Below are positions 29,001-38,451 of a stretch of DNA of 64,000 nucleotides, piece after piece. Each line of letters starts with the position of its first letter. Positions within the stretch are counted from its first letter, which is position 1. The stretch is from an uncultured Methanosarcinales archaeon (GTDB taxonomy: Archaea; Nanobdellota; Nanobdellia; Woesearchaeales; UBA11576), in the NCBI GenBank assembly GCA_964563755.1, contig CAZLYC010000001.1, positions 11,548 through 75,547 of the forward strand. Direction: 5' to 3'. The position numbers and the translations under genes were made by a program. The notes below the pieces were generated by a model, which saw nothing but the letters and a program-made list of their open reading frames with translations, made no database searches and was not told the origin of the DNA.

Positions 29001-32000
29001 TGTCATAAATCCAGATCTGACTGTCTGAAGAGTTAGTCCAGACAACATCATTACCATATATTGAGATGTTTATCGCATTAGACGCATTAAACAGTAATCT
29101 CTCTTCATCAAGATAAATATCAGAACTGTAATTCATGAATTCCTTCGAGTATATCGCTGAAGATTTCCTGTAGACCACACGGTCGCTGAAGAAATCCATG
29201 CTGTACGGCTCTATACCTGATACCACCAGCTTTGTTATAGAGCTTGAAATGCTGTACATGTAAACATCGCTCGTCGCTCCATTATTACGCTCATAAGCGA
29301 CAAATGAACGGTATATCTGAGGATTGAGCTCGTTTGAAGTCGAAGTCACTACCGCAGTCTCCAAGCCAGTCGCCTTATCATATACATATATGTCATTAGA
29401 GCCTGACCTAGTATCCTCGTAAACTATCTTTGTCTCAAAAACATCAGGATTCCTCTGCACACCTGGTATCTGGACCCCATCCGCATCCAATCTACTAACG
29501 CTTTCGAAAGATACCTGAATATTATTTGACCAATTGAAGCTTGTCTCATTATCAATCTGCAGCTCCAGATTGATAAAATCATCATCAATATCATCATAAG
29601 GACCTATCCAGCTAAAATTCACAAAGCCATTAAGCAAATCCCCATTCTCTGGCAAATTCAGCTCAAATTCCTGGTCAGGAACATTATTATTTATCACTAC
29701 AGAATTTGAAACATTGCTCCAGATGCTCTCGTTGTCAGTAACATTTACCAGGCAGGTTATATTGTTCAGCCGGTAAGTATAATTCGCGGTCAATGTATCA
29801 GCAACATAATAGATATATTTTCCTGGCTCCTGCTCATAGCCCGTATTCGTCAAGCTGGTCGTAATCTTCTTTATGAGAACTGTGCCAGAATACCATGATA
29901 TCGTCGCATTTGCCATGTTCTGCTCATCATCAGTATCATAGAAATCAGCACGGCAATACAGATTATCATCTGAATAAATATCTGAAGCATCCTCTGAGTC
30001 CAGGAAAGACACAAGGAATTTCGGTGGGTCAGGCCAGTCAACAGTGAACCATATAAGAGCATTATTCGCATAGCTCTGCGTATTCCACCACTTATCCCTG
30101 CATGCGAGAGCCCAGCTGAAAGTCTCCTGCGTCGGGCTTCCGCCAGAATAATTCGTGAAATTGATGCAATTTATCTTTGTTATATTTGTCACAATATAAT
30201 CAGTAAGTTCGTCAGAGAAACTAGTCTCATTGCTTAGGACATCACTTATTGTGCAGTTCGCGACAAGCATATCAGACCTTGCAGTCTCAGTATAATCAAT
30301 GTCCTGGCTCATCAAGACACAATTCTCTATATCATGATAGCCATCCAGGTCACCGTAAGCTGTTATGTTTATCTTTCCATCGCTATGCTCTGTCAGGTAT
30401 GGTGAAGAGCTCTGATTATCCTCATTTATGGTGTATACGTATATCTGACCGGGCGGAGCGTTATCGACATACAGTATGCCATTGCTCCACGTCCTTCCAC
30501 CGAAATTGTCCGCCTTGTCGAATGGAGTGACAACAAAATAATACTTGTAATTATGCTCAAGGCTTATCGGAGTAAGAGTAATCTCAGTAGCTGTGGTGTT
30601 CCCTTCAAATATCCTCGCACCGCAGCTGAAAGTAGAAGTAGTCACGTTACAGTCATTCGGATTTGCCGTGTTATCAGCGTAAACTTCCCAAAGATAATGG
30701 TCGAAACCTGAACCAGTGTCAGTGCTTGCAGTCCACCAGGCATGCAGCTGCTTCCTGTCAAACGTATAGAAGCCATCATCATACACCGCAGTGATGTTTG
30801 TAGGCGCAACATAATCTATCTTCACATATTCCAATGTCTCATTCGGCATGAAGAACTGCTCAGCATTACCTGCATTATCCCACACATTAAGCCTGAAGAC
30901 ATAACAGAATCCTGAAGAGACGTTGAAATCTATCCACGTAGCGCCTGTCACAAGAGGCAGGAAAGAATCAAGGTCATAAATAGGCTGGCAAATTCCGTTA
31001 ATCAATTCTGAACGACCATACTCCAAACTAGCATTCGAGATTCCACTCGTGTTTGGCCAGTCCTGACCTGTATTGTATTGTATCGTGACATAGTTAGTAG
31101 TCGTATAATTAGTGCTATTATAGAATATGAAACCGCCATAAGGTGGTCGAGTGTCTATCCTTACCTCTGGGGAAGAAACCCATGTGCTCCATGTGCCATT
31201 GTAATTTATTATTATATTACCATTCCTTGCCTTGACGTTGAAATAATACGTCCCATTCTCACTCAGGTTAAGGTCATCTCTCAACACGCTGTCGCTGCTT
31301 ATTTCAGTCCTTGCAACAACACTCTCAAAACCCGGAGCAGGGTACTGTGAAGTACCGATAGAATACATATAACCAATAATATCAGACTCATTATCCTCAA
31401 AATCCCAGCTTGCAGACAAGGAATTACGCGAATTGACCCAATGCTGAGTCGTAACGCAATTACCTCCAACACAGACTGGCGGAGTCGGGTCTATGAAAAG
31501 CACTCCATCTGAAGTTCCGTACTTGCCGTACTCGCCTCTTGAATCGACAGCCCGGACAGTAAGATAATAAACCGTTCCTGTCTTCATCTTAAGAGTCGTA
31601 GCGTTAGTGGAAGTTGCATTATGGGTAAAGTTCACCCAATCCTGCTGGCAATTGCCAAGAGCAGTGCATGAAGACTGCCACGATTTTATCGAATCGTAAC
31701 CTGATTCTGGATATGGCACTGTACCAAGAGCGAATTCATATCTGTCAAGCACACCGCCATTAGTCGTCCAGTTGAAGTACAACCAAAGGTCGCTTGTTAT
31801 GTCATCTCCATCATCAACAGAAATAATGTCTGCCTTAGATACATTGATCTTCATAAGGTGCGTCGTGAAATTAGACCAGCCAGCCATGTCTGAAACAGTG
31901 AAATTGAATGTGTGGTTTCCGTTATATGTCAGGTTCGGCTGGAAAGTGCATTCATAATAAGAACCATTGAGGAACAGATTGAAGCAAGTCATATTATCTA

Positions 32001-35000
32001 TAGTGTACACGTGGCTCTCTGAAGTGTGATTTATCATTACAATAAGCTTGCTTGTATCTACCTTGAAATCATCATATACGCTGAAAGTTATTTCCGGCGT
32101 ATTTGAATAAGAGTAGTTCTGAACTGAAGATATGTTGAACCAAGGACTGATTCCATCCTTATGTACGTAATTAGATTCAGACTGATATCCTTCTGTTGAG
32201 CCCCTAAAAGGAACAAGGTACAACTCATTCAGTCCGTCCTTCAAGTCAGAAATATCGACTGATATGTTGAACCATCCCTGCTTATGCACACTGTTATAGA
32301 ATGCAGCTTCAGTAACTGCCCCTGCAAGAGAAGCAGAGAGATTGGGATAGATGTATATCCTCGCATCCTCGCCAGGATTCTTGGTATGATTGGTCACATT
32401 ATACCTGAACCAGTAAGTCCTGTTGTGATTAGAGAACTCTACCCACAGGTTATTCCATCCTACAGTAGCCTCTATCTCATTATAGTCAAGAGGATTGATG
32501 AAGAAATAATCAGAACCGACAGGCCTGCTTTGTGTCACAACAGTCTCTCTGTGCAAAGTAGATGACTCGAAAGTCCAGTTCCAGAAATAGAAGAAATAAT
32601 CATCCTGCAATATGTTAACAGACATGTTAAGATTGAAAGTAGATTCATTCAGGTATCCTATTATCGTGAAATTCGTGTCGTTCCTGACAGCTTCCGGCAC
32701 AGGCCATAACACTGGAGCAGGTGGAGCAGTCTCAGGGTATGGCGCATTTATCCAATCTGAGGTTGCGTTGCCTTCATTCCCTTCCCTGTCAACACCCCAC
32801 GCAGTTATCCTGTTTGAGCCTCCGAAAAGCGAGACATTCATTATGAAGTAGCCCGGAGGATGAGGCGTCGTGTATAGACGCATGACTGTTCCCATAGGAA
32901 TATCTTCTGCGAGAGGCTGATAGAACTCTATCCTTATGTCATCACCAGTCTTATTCGCGCGAAGTATCTGATACCTATCAAAATAACTCCTATTATGATT
33001 AGAGAATTCAACATAGCTGAAACGGTTCAAAGCGCTCTGTATGACTGCGTTCCATGCAACAAAAGTCACGTTCTGGCCCTTGGTAGAGTCAAAGTTGACT
33101 ACAATATTGTCCCCTTTGTATTCTGAATCTATGCCTGAATAAGAACCCGTACCCATGAACTGGTATGACCAGAATCCGTGCAAAGCGACTATCGAGTAAG
33201 TTATGTCAGACTCGCCGAAATATCCTGCGACATATGTCCAATCAACACCATCTGTAAGGTTGGAAGGATGCAGCAATATCTGAGGGTACAGTATCGGCTT
33301 TTCCGGAGGTGTCGTATCCGGAATCACCCTGAAATATTCCATGAAACCAAGAGGCTCGTATATTGTTGATGAGCAGTTTATCCTGTAACGATAATAATCT
33401 GATGCTGCAGGGAAATCCTCTGCGCTGGATTCAAGAACATAGACTCCGTAGAAGTCATCATACTCCATCTCATCAGTACCATTGACATAGACAGTCACAT
33501 CATCTATGTAGACGGTATGGTTGCCAGGGACAGAATTATCAAGATAGAATATCATCTGGGCAGGTACGCCGTTGCCAGTGAACTGCTTAGATATTGAATA
33601 AACAGTCCAATTTGTTGACAAACTCCAGGATTGATCATTGTTCTCATTCTCTGAACCGACTTCAGTAAGATTTAGATGTATATTCCTTCCGTTGACATCA
33701 GACCTTGCACGGAAAGTTATGTTAAAATTCAGTTGAGATGTATTTGTTATAACTGAAGTTGAATTGATACCATAGCAATCAATATCATTTGAAACACAGG
33801 CATCATCGACCATCTGAAGCTTCATCGAATACTTATCAATATCGTCGGTATATTCAAGGGATGAATTAAGATAAGAGCTAGATTCAGACCATGGATTCAA
33901 AACATTGTTGTTGAAATCATAGCTTAAAAGTTCCTTATTCGCTTTCTGTATTATTGAACCGTTAGGCAGGAACAGAGTTATATTACATGCTCCGCCATTC
34001 GTGACTTCAGGATAGCCCCCTGTCTTGTCATTCACAGGAGAACCGTCTATATACTTCGAGTAGTTAGCAAAGAACCTTAGCCTATGATGAGGTTCCATTA
34101 TCTTAGGCGCATCTGACATGAACGAAGATGCGCGAGAATCATTCTGGGTGAAGGTCTCTAGCATGCTATTTGCAGCAGTCGTGAATGTGGAGAAGTGCAG
34201 TGCTGTAAATGATAAAACACCTGCGAAAGACGATGCTGTCGGCAATGGATTATAATCAGTGCATAGACCTGAAGGGCAAGGATAGCCATCGACAAGGACG
34301 ATAGGCACTTTGGTGTAATTCGTTAACTGCTTGAAATTAACTTTTGCCTGCTTGTTGAATCTGTTGCCATTTGTCGCAAGGATATTTACTGATATCAAGT
34401 TCTTTGTTATCGTAAAAATAGAGCTGATGTCCACCCCTGTAAGGTCTGTTGCAGCATCATACTGTACTGAACCGAACTCGTTGCTTATGAATGCGGCAGG
34501 TGTTTCAGTCAACTTTGTAATGCTTCCATTCACATACATATCATTATCAAAAGTTCCTATATCAAATCCATGACCGCAACCATCGTCAAGCCAATCTGTC
34601 AATAAATCGCAATCGTCATCAACAGTATCGTAACAGAACGTTGTTCCGTTCCCACCAAGAGAATCTGTGCTTGTATCATTCTCCCTGTATTCTGGTTGAT
34701 GTATCGAAGAATTGCTATCATTGCAGTCCCAAACATCAAAATAACCGTTATCCTGAAGAATGATAAGGCTTAGATTAGAAGCGCCATCAAAATCGTGATC
34801 GTTTGAAACTTCAAAATCATATGTCTCGTTACTGGTCCCATTGTAAAGATTGTCAAAAGGAATGACCTTGACGGTTATTTTGCTATTAAGAATAGTCACA
34901 GTATTCAAATCCAAATATAAATCAGGAGTCATTCCATCATTTTCTATGACGGAAGAGAATACATATGTCTGGTTATCCTTAGACAAAACATTATATGTTA

Positions 35001-35724
35001 TATCTTGATAGGTTGAAGTTGATTGTGGAGTCCAGTTAATTCTCAATTGGTCGATGTTATCAAACTTTTGATTTTTCAACACAACTCCAGCTACATCTGT
35101 TATGTTCACAAGACCGCAGGTAGATTTGATATTCTCTTTTGATATGTTGCTGACATAAAAGTTTCCTGACTTGCCAGCATCATCACATACATTCGTTGCT
35201 GCAACATTTCCAGTCACACCTCCATCATGGAAATTGTTGTTCCAAATCTTTATGTTTGAATTCGAAGATCCTATGGATATTCCTGTTCCTGATGTTATAA
35301 TATTATTATTTATGTTGACTTTATTAGTGCCTGTTGCATCGATTTTGATTCCCGTGTTAAAACCCGTTATTTTACAGTTCTTAACAGAGACGTTGTTGCT
35401 CGTGGTATTAACAAGAATACCATAACTACCAGTAGTACCGGTTATAGACTTACCTTGACAATCAAACACCACATCGCTGGCAGTTATATTTATACCAAAA
35501 TAGCTATCTGGACAGGTCAAGTCATTGCTTAGTGTCCAAGTTTTGCTTCCATCTCCTGGCTTGATTGAACCATTACAACCTCCAATATATGCATCAAATC
35601 CAGTAATCTCGCTTCCGATTCCGGAACCGAGCATATAAGCCCCTGTACCAAGAATAGCCATGGCTACTAGAACTAGCAGTAATGGAAACAATGCTGCTCT
35701 TTTTTGACGGACTAAACTTAACAC
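26002..35724 (-). CDS. Giant secreted surface protein (3240 aa) with an N-terminal parallel beta-helix region and an extreme density of N-glycosylation sequons
   Basis: Uninterrupted 9.7-kb ORF. Signal peptide with hydrophobic core (LFPLLLVLVAMAILGTGAYMLG). Beta-helix-type repeats (NVSVKNCKITGFNTGIKIDATG...NINNNIITSGTGISIG...IWNNNFHDGG). The composition is Asn/Ser/Thr/Tyr/Asp-rich, with N-x-S/T throughout. No TM anchor. Confidence 0.8.
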   Translation of the reverse strand: MLSLVRQKRAALFPLLLVLVAMAILGTGAYMLGSGIGSEITGFDAYIGGCNGSIKPGDGSKTWTLSNDLTCPDSYFGINITASDVVFDCQGKSITGTTGSYGILVNTTSNNVSVKNCKITGFNTGIKIDATGTNKVNINNNIITSGTGISIGSSNSNIKIWNNNFHDGGVTGNVAATNVCDDAGKSGNFYVSNISKENIKSTCGLVNITDVAGVVLKNQKFDNIDQLRINWTPQSTSTYQDITYNVLSKDNQTYVFSSVIENDGMTPDLYLDLNTVTILNSKITVKVIPFDNLYNGTSNETYDFEVSNDHDFDGASNLSLIILQDNGYFDVWDCNDSNSSIHQPEYRENDTSTDSLGGNGTTFCYDTVDDDCDLLTDWLDDGCGHGFDIGTFDNDMYVNGSITKLTETPAAFISNEFGSVQYDAATDLTGVDISSIFTITKNLISVNILATNGNRFNKQAKVNFKQLTNYTKVPIVLVDGYPCPSGLCTDYNPLPTASSFAGVLSFTALHFSTFTTAANSMLETFTQNDSRASSFMSDAPKIMEPHHRLRFFANYSKYIDGSPVNDKTGGYPEVTNGGACNITLFLPNGSIIQKANKELLSYDFNNNVLNPWSESSSYLNSSLEYTDDIDKYSMKLQMVDDACVSNDIDCYGINSTSVITNTSQLNFNITFRARSDVNGRNIHLNLTEVGSENENNDQSWSLSTNWTVYSISKQFTGNGVPAQMIFYLDNSVPGNHTVYIDDVTVYVNGTDEMEYDDFYGVYVLESSAEDFPAASDYYRYRINCSSTIYEPLGFMEYFRVIPDTTPPEKPILYPQILLHPSNLTDGVDWTYVAGYFGESDITYSIVALHGFWSYQFMGTGSYSGIDSEYKGDNIVVNFDSTKGQNVTFVAWNAVIQSALNRFSYVEFSNHNRSYFDRYQILRANKTGDDIRIEFYQPLAEDIPMGTVMRLYTTPHPPGYFIMNVSLFGGSNRITAWGVDREGNEGNATSDWINAPYPETAPPAPVLWPVPEAVRNDTNFTIIGYLNESTFNLNMSVNILQDDYFFYFWNWTFESSTLHRETVVTQSRPVGSDYFFINPLDYNEIEATVGWNNLWVEFSNHNRTYWFRYNVTNHTKNPGEDARIYIYPNLSASLAGAVTEAAFYNSVHKQGWFNISVDISDLKDGLNELYLVPFRGSTEGYQSESNYVHKDGISPWFNISSVQNYSYSNTPEITFSVYDDFKVDTSKLIVMINHTSESHVYTIDNMTCFNLFLNGSYYECTFQPNLTYNGNHTFNFTVSDMAGWSNFTTHLMKINVSKADIISVDDGDDITSDLWLYFNWTTNGGVLDRYEFALGTVPYPESGYDSIKSWQSSCTALGNCQQDWVNFTHNATSTNATTLKMKTGTVYYLTVRAVDSRGEYGKYGTSDGVLFIDPTPPVCVGGNCVTTQHWVNSRNSLSASWDFEDNESDIIGYMYSIGTSQYPAPGFESVVARTEISSDSVLRDDLNLSENGTYYFNVKARNGNIIINYNGTWSTWVSSPEVRIDTRPPYGGFIFYNSTNYTTTNYVTIQYNTGQDWPNTSGISNASLEYGRSELINGICQPIYDLDSFLPLVTGATWIDFNVSSGFCYVFRLNVWDNAGNAEQFFMPNETLEYVKIDYVAPTNITAVYDDGFYTFDRKQLHAWWTASTDTGSGFDHYLWEVYADNTANPNDCNVTTSTFSCGARIFEGNTTATEITLTPISLEHNYKYYFVVTPFDKADNFGGRTWSNGILYVDNAPPGQIYVYTINEDNQSSSPYLTEHSDGKINITAYGDLDGYHDIENCVLMSQDIDYTETARSDMLVANCTISDVLSNETSFSDELTDYIVTNITKINCINFTNYSGGSPTQETFSWALACRDKWWNTQSYANNALIWFTVDWPDPPKFLVSFLDSEDASDIYSDDNLYCRADFYDTDDEQNMANATISWYSGTVLIKKITTSLTNTGYEQEPGKYIYYVADTLTANYTYRLNNITCLVNVTDNESIWSNVSNSVVINNNVPDQEFELNLPENGDLLNGFVNFSWIGPYDDIDDDFINLELQIDNETSFNWSNNIQVSFESVSRLDADGVQIPGVQRNPDVFETKIVYEDTRSGSNDIYVYDKATGLETAVVTSTSNELNPQIYRSFVAYERNNGATSDVYMYSISSSITKLVVSGIEPYSMDFFSDRVVYRKSSAIYSKEFMNYSSDIYLDEERLLFNASNAINISIYGNDVVWTNSSDSQIWIYDISNRSAFATGLDGIGRMWGYFLLNENSTGIHVRDLRNGSASVSSFSGTQGTMSDGLLVYRNTSGNITVVDLLGPSSSTIGIHQGMDPDIHNDLLAFDDGQDVFYAFRNEYMPGRYLFEYNAFYPYVIFWINSSLSQDGVYYWRLQACDNSFVNNSCVFADYGSNDYASFTIDNTPPEISIVSPGNESIVAGQFRLYAKIDDNRGYSAVTYANYSISYSNGTRKYSGTLVQSGNVWMTSSVLDFQDVNVSNFTVLVYARDSLYNLNSASSMFTVDNDTAWFIFGTGSEEIITDVTAFINSVNSTFTAFNVLTSNIRISGPLPTTTSRSSRSQVNTSVTTHIYPDPISVVTWPDGKYVAQFNGTNPDGPNSQNRTFYVDRNAPFWYNASPTTIFASQNIVLSINWTDITIREINVTYDNWNKSNITSIKENMTLSGGRYVSSSIDIRSYINSSFYWTSTARDGLDRVNTTTLLSVFVESNAPDFEGTIPMIYVKEDSYNSSALLPNISSYFSDVNDEDSVWGYLDNLTFSATDNSSSVAIDVNSTTGKIQNITATGDFNGNVTVYFNATDSYGKMNHSNAVTLVVISVNDAPVISAVPAVYTSEDNLTTIEYSLSATDVDGDTLSWTLPDYNIAVFNLTQYDLAAGKFNFTLKADQFGVYNITFKVNDTTVQTKLNATVDIASVNDAPVVGNFTAPPIGARKKGTFPVSWIAASDKANENQALTYYLSYSTDGTTWNQLVDYATLQQNTSYSWNSSILFIDSEVNITLRLNVSDGMDTSQHVYEGNFTIDNLGPQITVVYPTIPYMIISGGNGSVNVTTHESATCSFVPNVSSVGVTTFSSGTTHTVILTNLINDVSYRVNVSCTDLPDTINANSTAIVFTAKSSGIQIVNVRAVPSVLIDGNKVNLTLEVFSSTPWDTLDLRINNSGSDVHTFTTADFTDMINSTNSFTRNLTAISTTNFGRYDVFITLLNNTNADILTNYHASNVFTVYPAINQTLNME

Positions 35725-35748
35725 CTTTTTTTCCTCGTGACTTTAAAC

Positions 35749-36039
35749 TTAAAGCTCCTCCAGCTTACCCTTCTGGCGACGCTTGTACTCTGAAACAGAC
35801 TTATCGATGTTTGACGTCGAGACTCCTATCTTGTCTGACTTTTCCTTGATCTTGGATACGACGACAGAATGCTCGCTCAAATCTTCCTTTGGAATAATCT
35901 TCAGAAGTATGCCCTCTTCGGTTATAGAATACATCCAGAACGCGCTGCCTTCGTCTATGTCAAGCTCCTGCCTTATGTCCTTGGGGATGACTATCTGTCC
36001 CCTGCTATCACATTGGACGACTTTAGGGTATTTCTTCAT
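35749..36039 (-). CDS. AbrB/SpoVT-type (swapped-hairpin) DNA-binding protein
   Basis: N-terminal VVQCDSRGQIVIPKDIRQELDIDEG matches the AbrB/MazE looped-hinge motif. 96 aa. Confidence 0.55.
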   Translation of the reverse strand: MKKYPKVVQCDSRGQIVIPKDIRQELDIDEGSAFWMYSITEEGILLKIIPKEDLSEHSVVVSKIKEKSDKIGVSTSNIDKSVSEYKRRQKGKLEEL

Positions 36040-36044
36040 TCAAA

Positions 36045-36180
36045 TCTCTGAATTTCTGATTTATTAACTGATTTACTAAAATAATTGCTGAAAATTTAAA
36101 TTTATTTCTGATTTGTAGCCTTAATTACTGATTTTTTGTTTAAATCGTTGAAATTTTGATTTTTTTTCTGAAAATAGGAA
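36045..36180. repeat. AT-rich region with about 8 direct copies of CTGA(T/A)(T/A)T, upstream of the abrB-like gene
   Basis: tctgaatttctgatttattaactgatttactaaaataattgctgaaaat...tctgatttg...actgatttttt...ttgaaattttgattttttttctgaaaat. Confidence 0.45.
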
Positions 36181-36311
36181 AAAGACTATTTAAATGTTTC
36201 GAAAAGAGATGGAACTAGGAAACGACGAAAAAACAAAGAAGCAGTAAAACTGGTTTAAACGCATTATAAGATAAAAATATACAAAAAATTTCTTAAAACG
36301 TAAACAAAATA

Positions 36312-38318
36312 TTATGGAACCCTGGTAGCATAAGTACCAACAGCACCAACAGTACTTTCTCTGTATGCAATAGTTAAACAAGTACGACCATTAGTAGGAC
36401 AAGTTGCACACACAGCATCACCAGCATAACTGCTTACACGACCCATCTGATCTGTTGCATCTGCAGGGTATGTTAAACCACCACAACAACCACAATCGTT
36501 GCAATCTGCGTAACCATCACAATCCTCATCTACAGGCGTACCCGAACCATAATGAGATAGCGTGCCTGAGCGTATCCAACCATAAGCTCCACTGCAGGTA
36601 GCCCAATTATCTTCAGTTGCTGCCGGATTCACTGATGCACTTGAATCTTTGCAGTCATTTGAGTTTGAAACATACCCTGAAGGAGCAGTACATGCTTGTT
36701 GTGTCGTAGCAGGTGTACCATAACCATCACTATCAGCATCTCTATAGAACGTAGTTTTTACACCATCATCAATAGTACTATCACAATCATCATCAATACC
36801 ATTGCATGTTTCAGCAGCTCCTGGTTTTATAGATGCAACAGCATCATTGCAGTCAGTGTGATCAACTAAATGACCTGCAGGCGCATCACAACCCCTAACA
36901 CCACCAGTAGTTGAACCATATCCATCAGCATCAGTATCTGGATACTTCAAAGAGACACAATCAGTCGTGCAAGATGCAACTGTACCAGCACAATCATTAT
37001 TAGAGGACACATAACCAGTAGGCGCATCACAACCCCTAACACCAGCACCAGCACCAAACCCATCAGTATCAGTATCGGGGTATTTCTGAGAAGTACAATC
37101 AGTTGTGCAAGATGCTTTTGTATCGTCACAATCCTGACTATTGGTCACATAGCCTGATGGAGTAGAGCATGCCCTCTTACTATCTGAAGCCAAGCCCTTC
37201 CCATCACCATCTCCGTCCTTATAATACAAAGTACCGCCAGATAAAATGTTATCTATTGTATTATCACAATTATCATCAACACTATTACATGTTTCTGTTA
37301 TTGGATCTACGCTTCCAACACAAGAACCCCAATTTCCATTAGCATTGCAAGTTGATGTTCCTTTCTTACAAGGCAAAGGACCGGCAGTATTGCCGCAGAC
37401 TTGAGTGTTTCCTGGAGAGCAGCAACCAGAAATTCCGTTATCAATAGTTCCGTCACAATTGTCATCAATAGCATTACAAGTTGTTCCTTCTGGATGACCC
37501 GGATTCACGTTTCGAGTGGCGTCGTTACAATCATTACCTACCGTAACATAATCCGAAGCAGGAGCAGGTGAAGAGCAAGCTTGAACAGCAATTGATGTGT
37601 TACCATAATTATCGTGATCAGAGTCCAAATAATATGTAGTCTTGACTCCTTCATCTATGCCGCCAACACAATTGTTATCAACACCATCACAAATTTCAGG
37701 CACACCTGGCTTTATTGAATTGACCGTATCATTACAATCGCCAGCGCAACTTGTAAAACCATCTCCATCAGAATCAAATCCTTCATCAATATTTCCATTA
37801 CAATTGTCGTCCAAACCATTACAGATTTCAGGAGTTGGATTGTTCCTGCAGTCAGCATCTCCACAATCAGTGGTCTTGTCGCAATCATTATCTCTTCCGT
37901 CAGAACATAATTGCTCTGGAAGATCAACAATGCATCCCGCCTGTCTCTTATAATCCATCTCTGTTATGCAATCTCCATGAAAACATCTCTCAGGGCAAGG
38001 TGAATTAGTAACGACATCCTTATTCTTGCCGTCTGCAGAACAAGTACTTATTATCGGCTGATTTTGAGCAGTACAATCTTTTGTTACTGAATTTGGCTCA
38101 CATACTTGTTTCGATGCTGAAAGAGATTGTATACGACCAAAACTGTCCACATTCTTTTCAGCAGCCTTGAGCGCTGTTCCACTTTGTCCTGTCTTCTTCA
38201 GCGCACCTAATGCCTGACCGGCGCACTGGTCACACACACTCTCACAACCAGAAAGAAGAACAACGCCAAAAAACAAAGCAACAACAAGAATAACAGACAA
38301 GACTTTGACATTCACCAT
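36312..38318 (-). CDS. Secreted Cys-rich lipoprotein with tandem DxDxDG / CxxDCxD Ca-binding-like repeats
   Basis: Signal plus lipobox-like LLSGC. Repeated blocks of the form DCND...NPG..E.CNG.DDDCDG..DEG / Y.D.DGDGYG. 668 aa, rich in Cys, Asp, Gly, Asn. Confidence 0.65.
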   Translation of the reverse strand: MVNVKVLSVILVVALFFGVVLLSGCESVCDQCAGQALGALKKTGQSGTALKAAEKNVDSFGRIQSLSASKQVCEPNSVTKDCTAQNQPIISTCSADGKNKDVVTNSPCPERCFHGDCITEMDYKRQAGCIVDLPEQLCSDGRDNDCDKTTDCGDADCRNNPTPEICNGLDDNCNGNIDEGFDSDGDGFTSCAGDCNDTVNSIKPGVPEICDGVDNNCVGGIDEGVKTTYYLDSDHDNYGNTSIAVQACSSPAPASDYVTVGNDCNDATRNVNPGHPEGTTCNAIDDNCDGTIDNGISGCCSPGNTQVCGNTAGPLPCKKGTSTCNANGNWGSCVGSVDPITETCNSVDDNCDNTIDNILSGGTLYYKDGDGDGKGLASDSKRACSTPSGYVTNSQDCDDTKASCTTDCTSQKYPDTDTDGFGAGAGVRGCDAPTGYVSSNNDCAGTVASCTTDCVSLKYPDTDADGYGSTTGGVRGCDAPAGHLVDHTDCNDAVASIKPGAAETCNGIDDDCDSTIDDGVKTTFYRDADSDGYGTPATTQQACTAPSGYVSNSNDCKDSSASVNPAATEDNWATCSGAYGWIRSGTLSHYGSGTPVDEDCDGYADCNDCGCCGGLTYPADATDQMGRVSSYAGDAVCATCPTNGRTCLTIAYRESTVGAVGTYATRVP

Positions 38319-38451
38319 GAAGATACCTCTGTTTTATTTTTTAGTCAAAACAGATATTCTAATATTTAAACGTTATTAAACATCAAACAAAGCTTCTAAC
38401 CTAATTGAAATGATAGTTAACTATATATAAAATGAAGAAATAATGATTTAC

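Noticed and set aside
26075-35425. Numerous plus-strand ORFs (for example 26075-26596 and 30249-30530) inside the giant minus-strand gene
   Set aside because: They are shadow frames of a long, compositionally biased gene. They are short, unconserved-looking, and fully contained in the 3240-aa ORF.
36045-36180. CRISPR array
   Set aside because: The repeat units are only 7-8 nt, degenerate and not separated by unique spacers of regular length. No cas genes are nearby.
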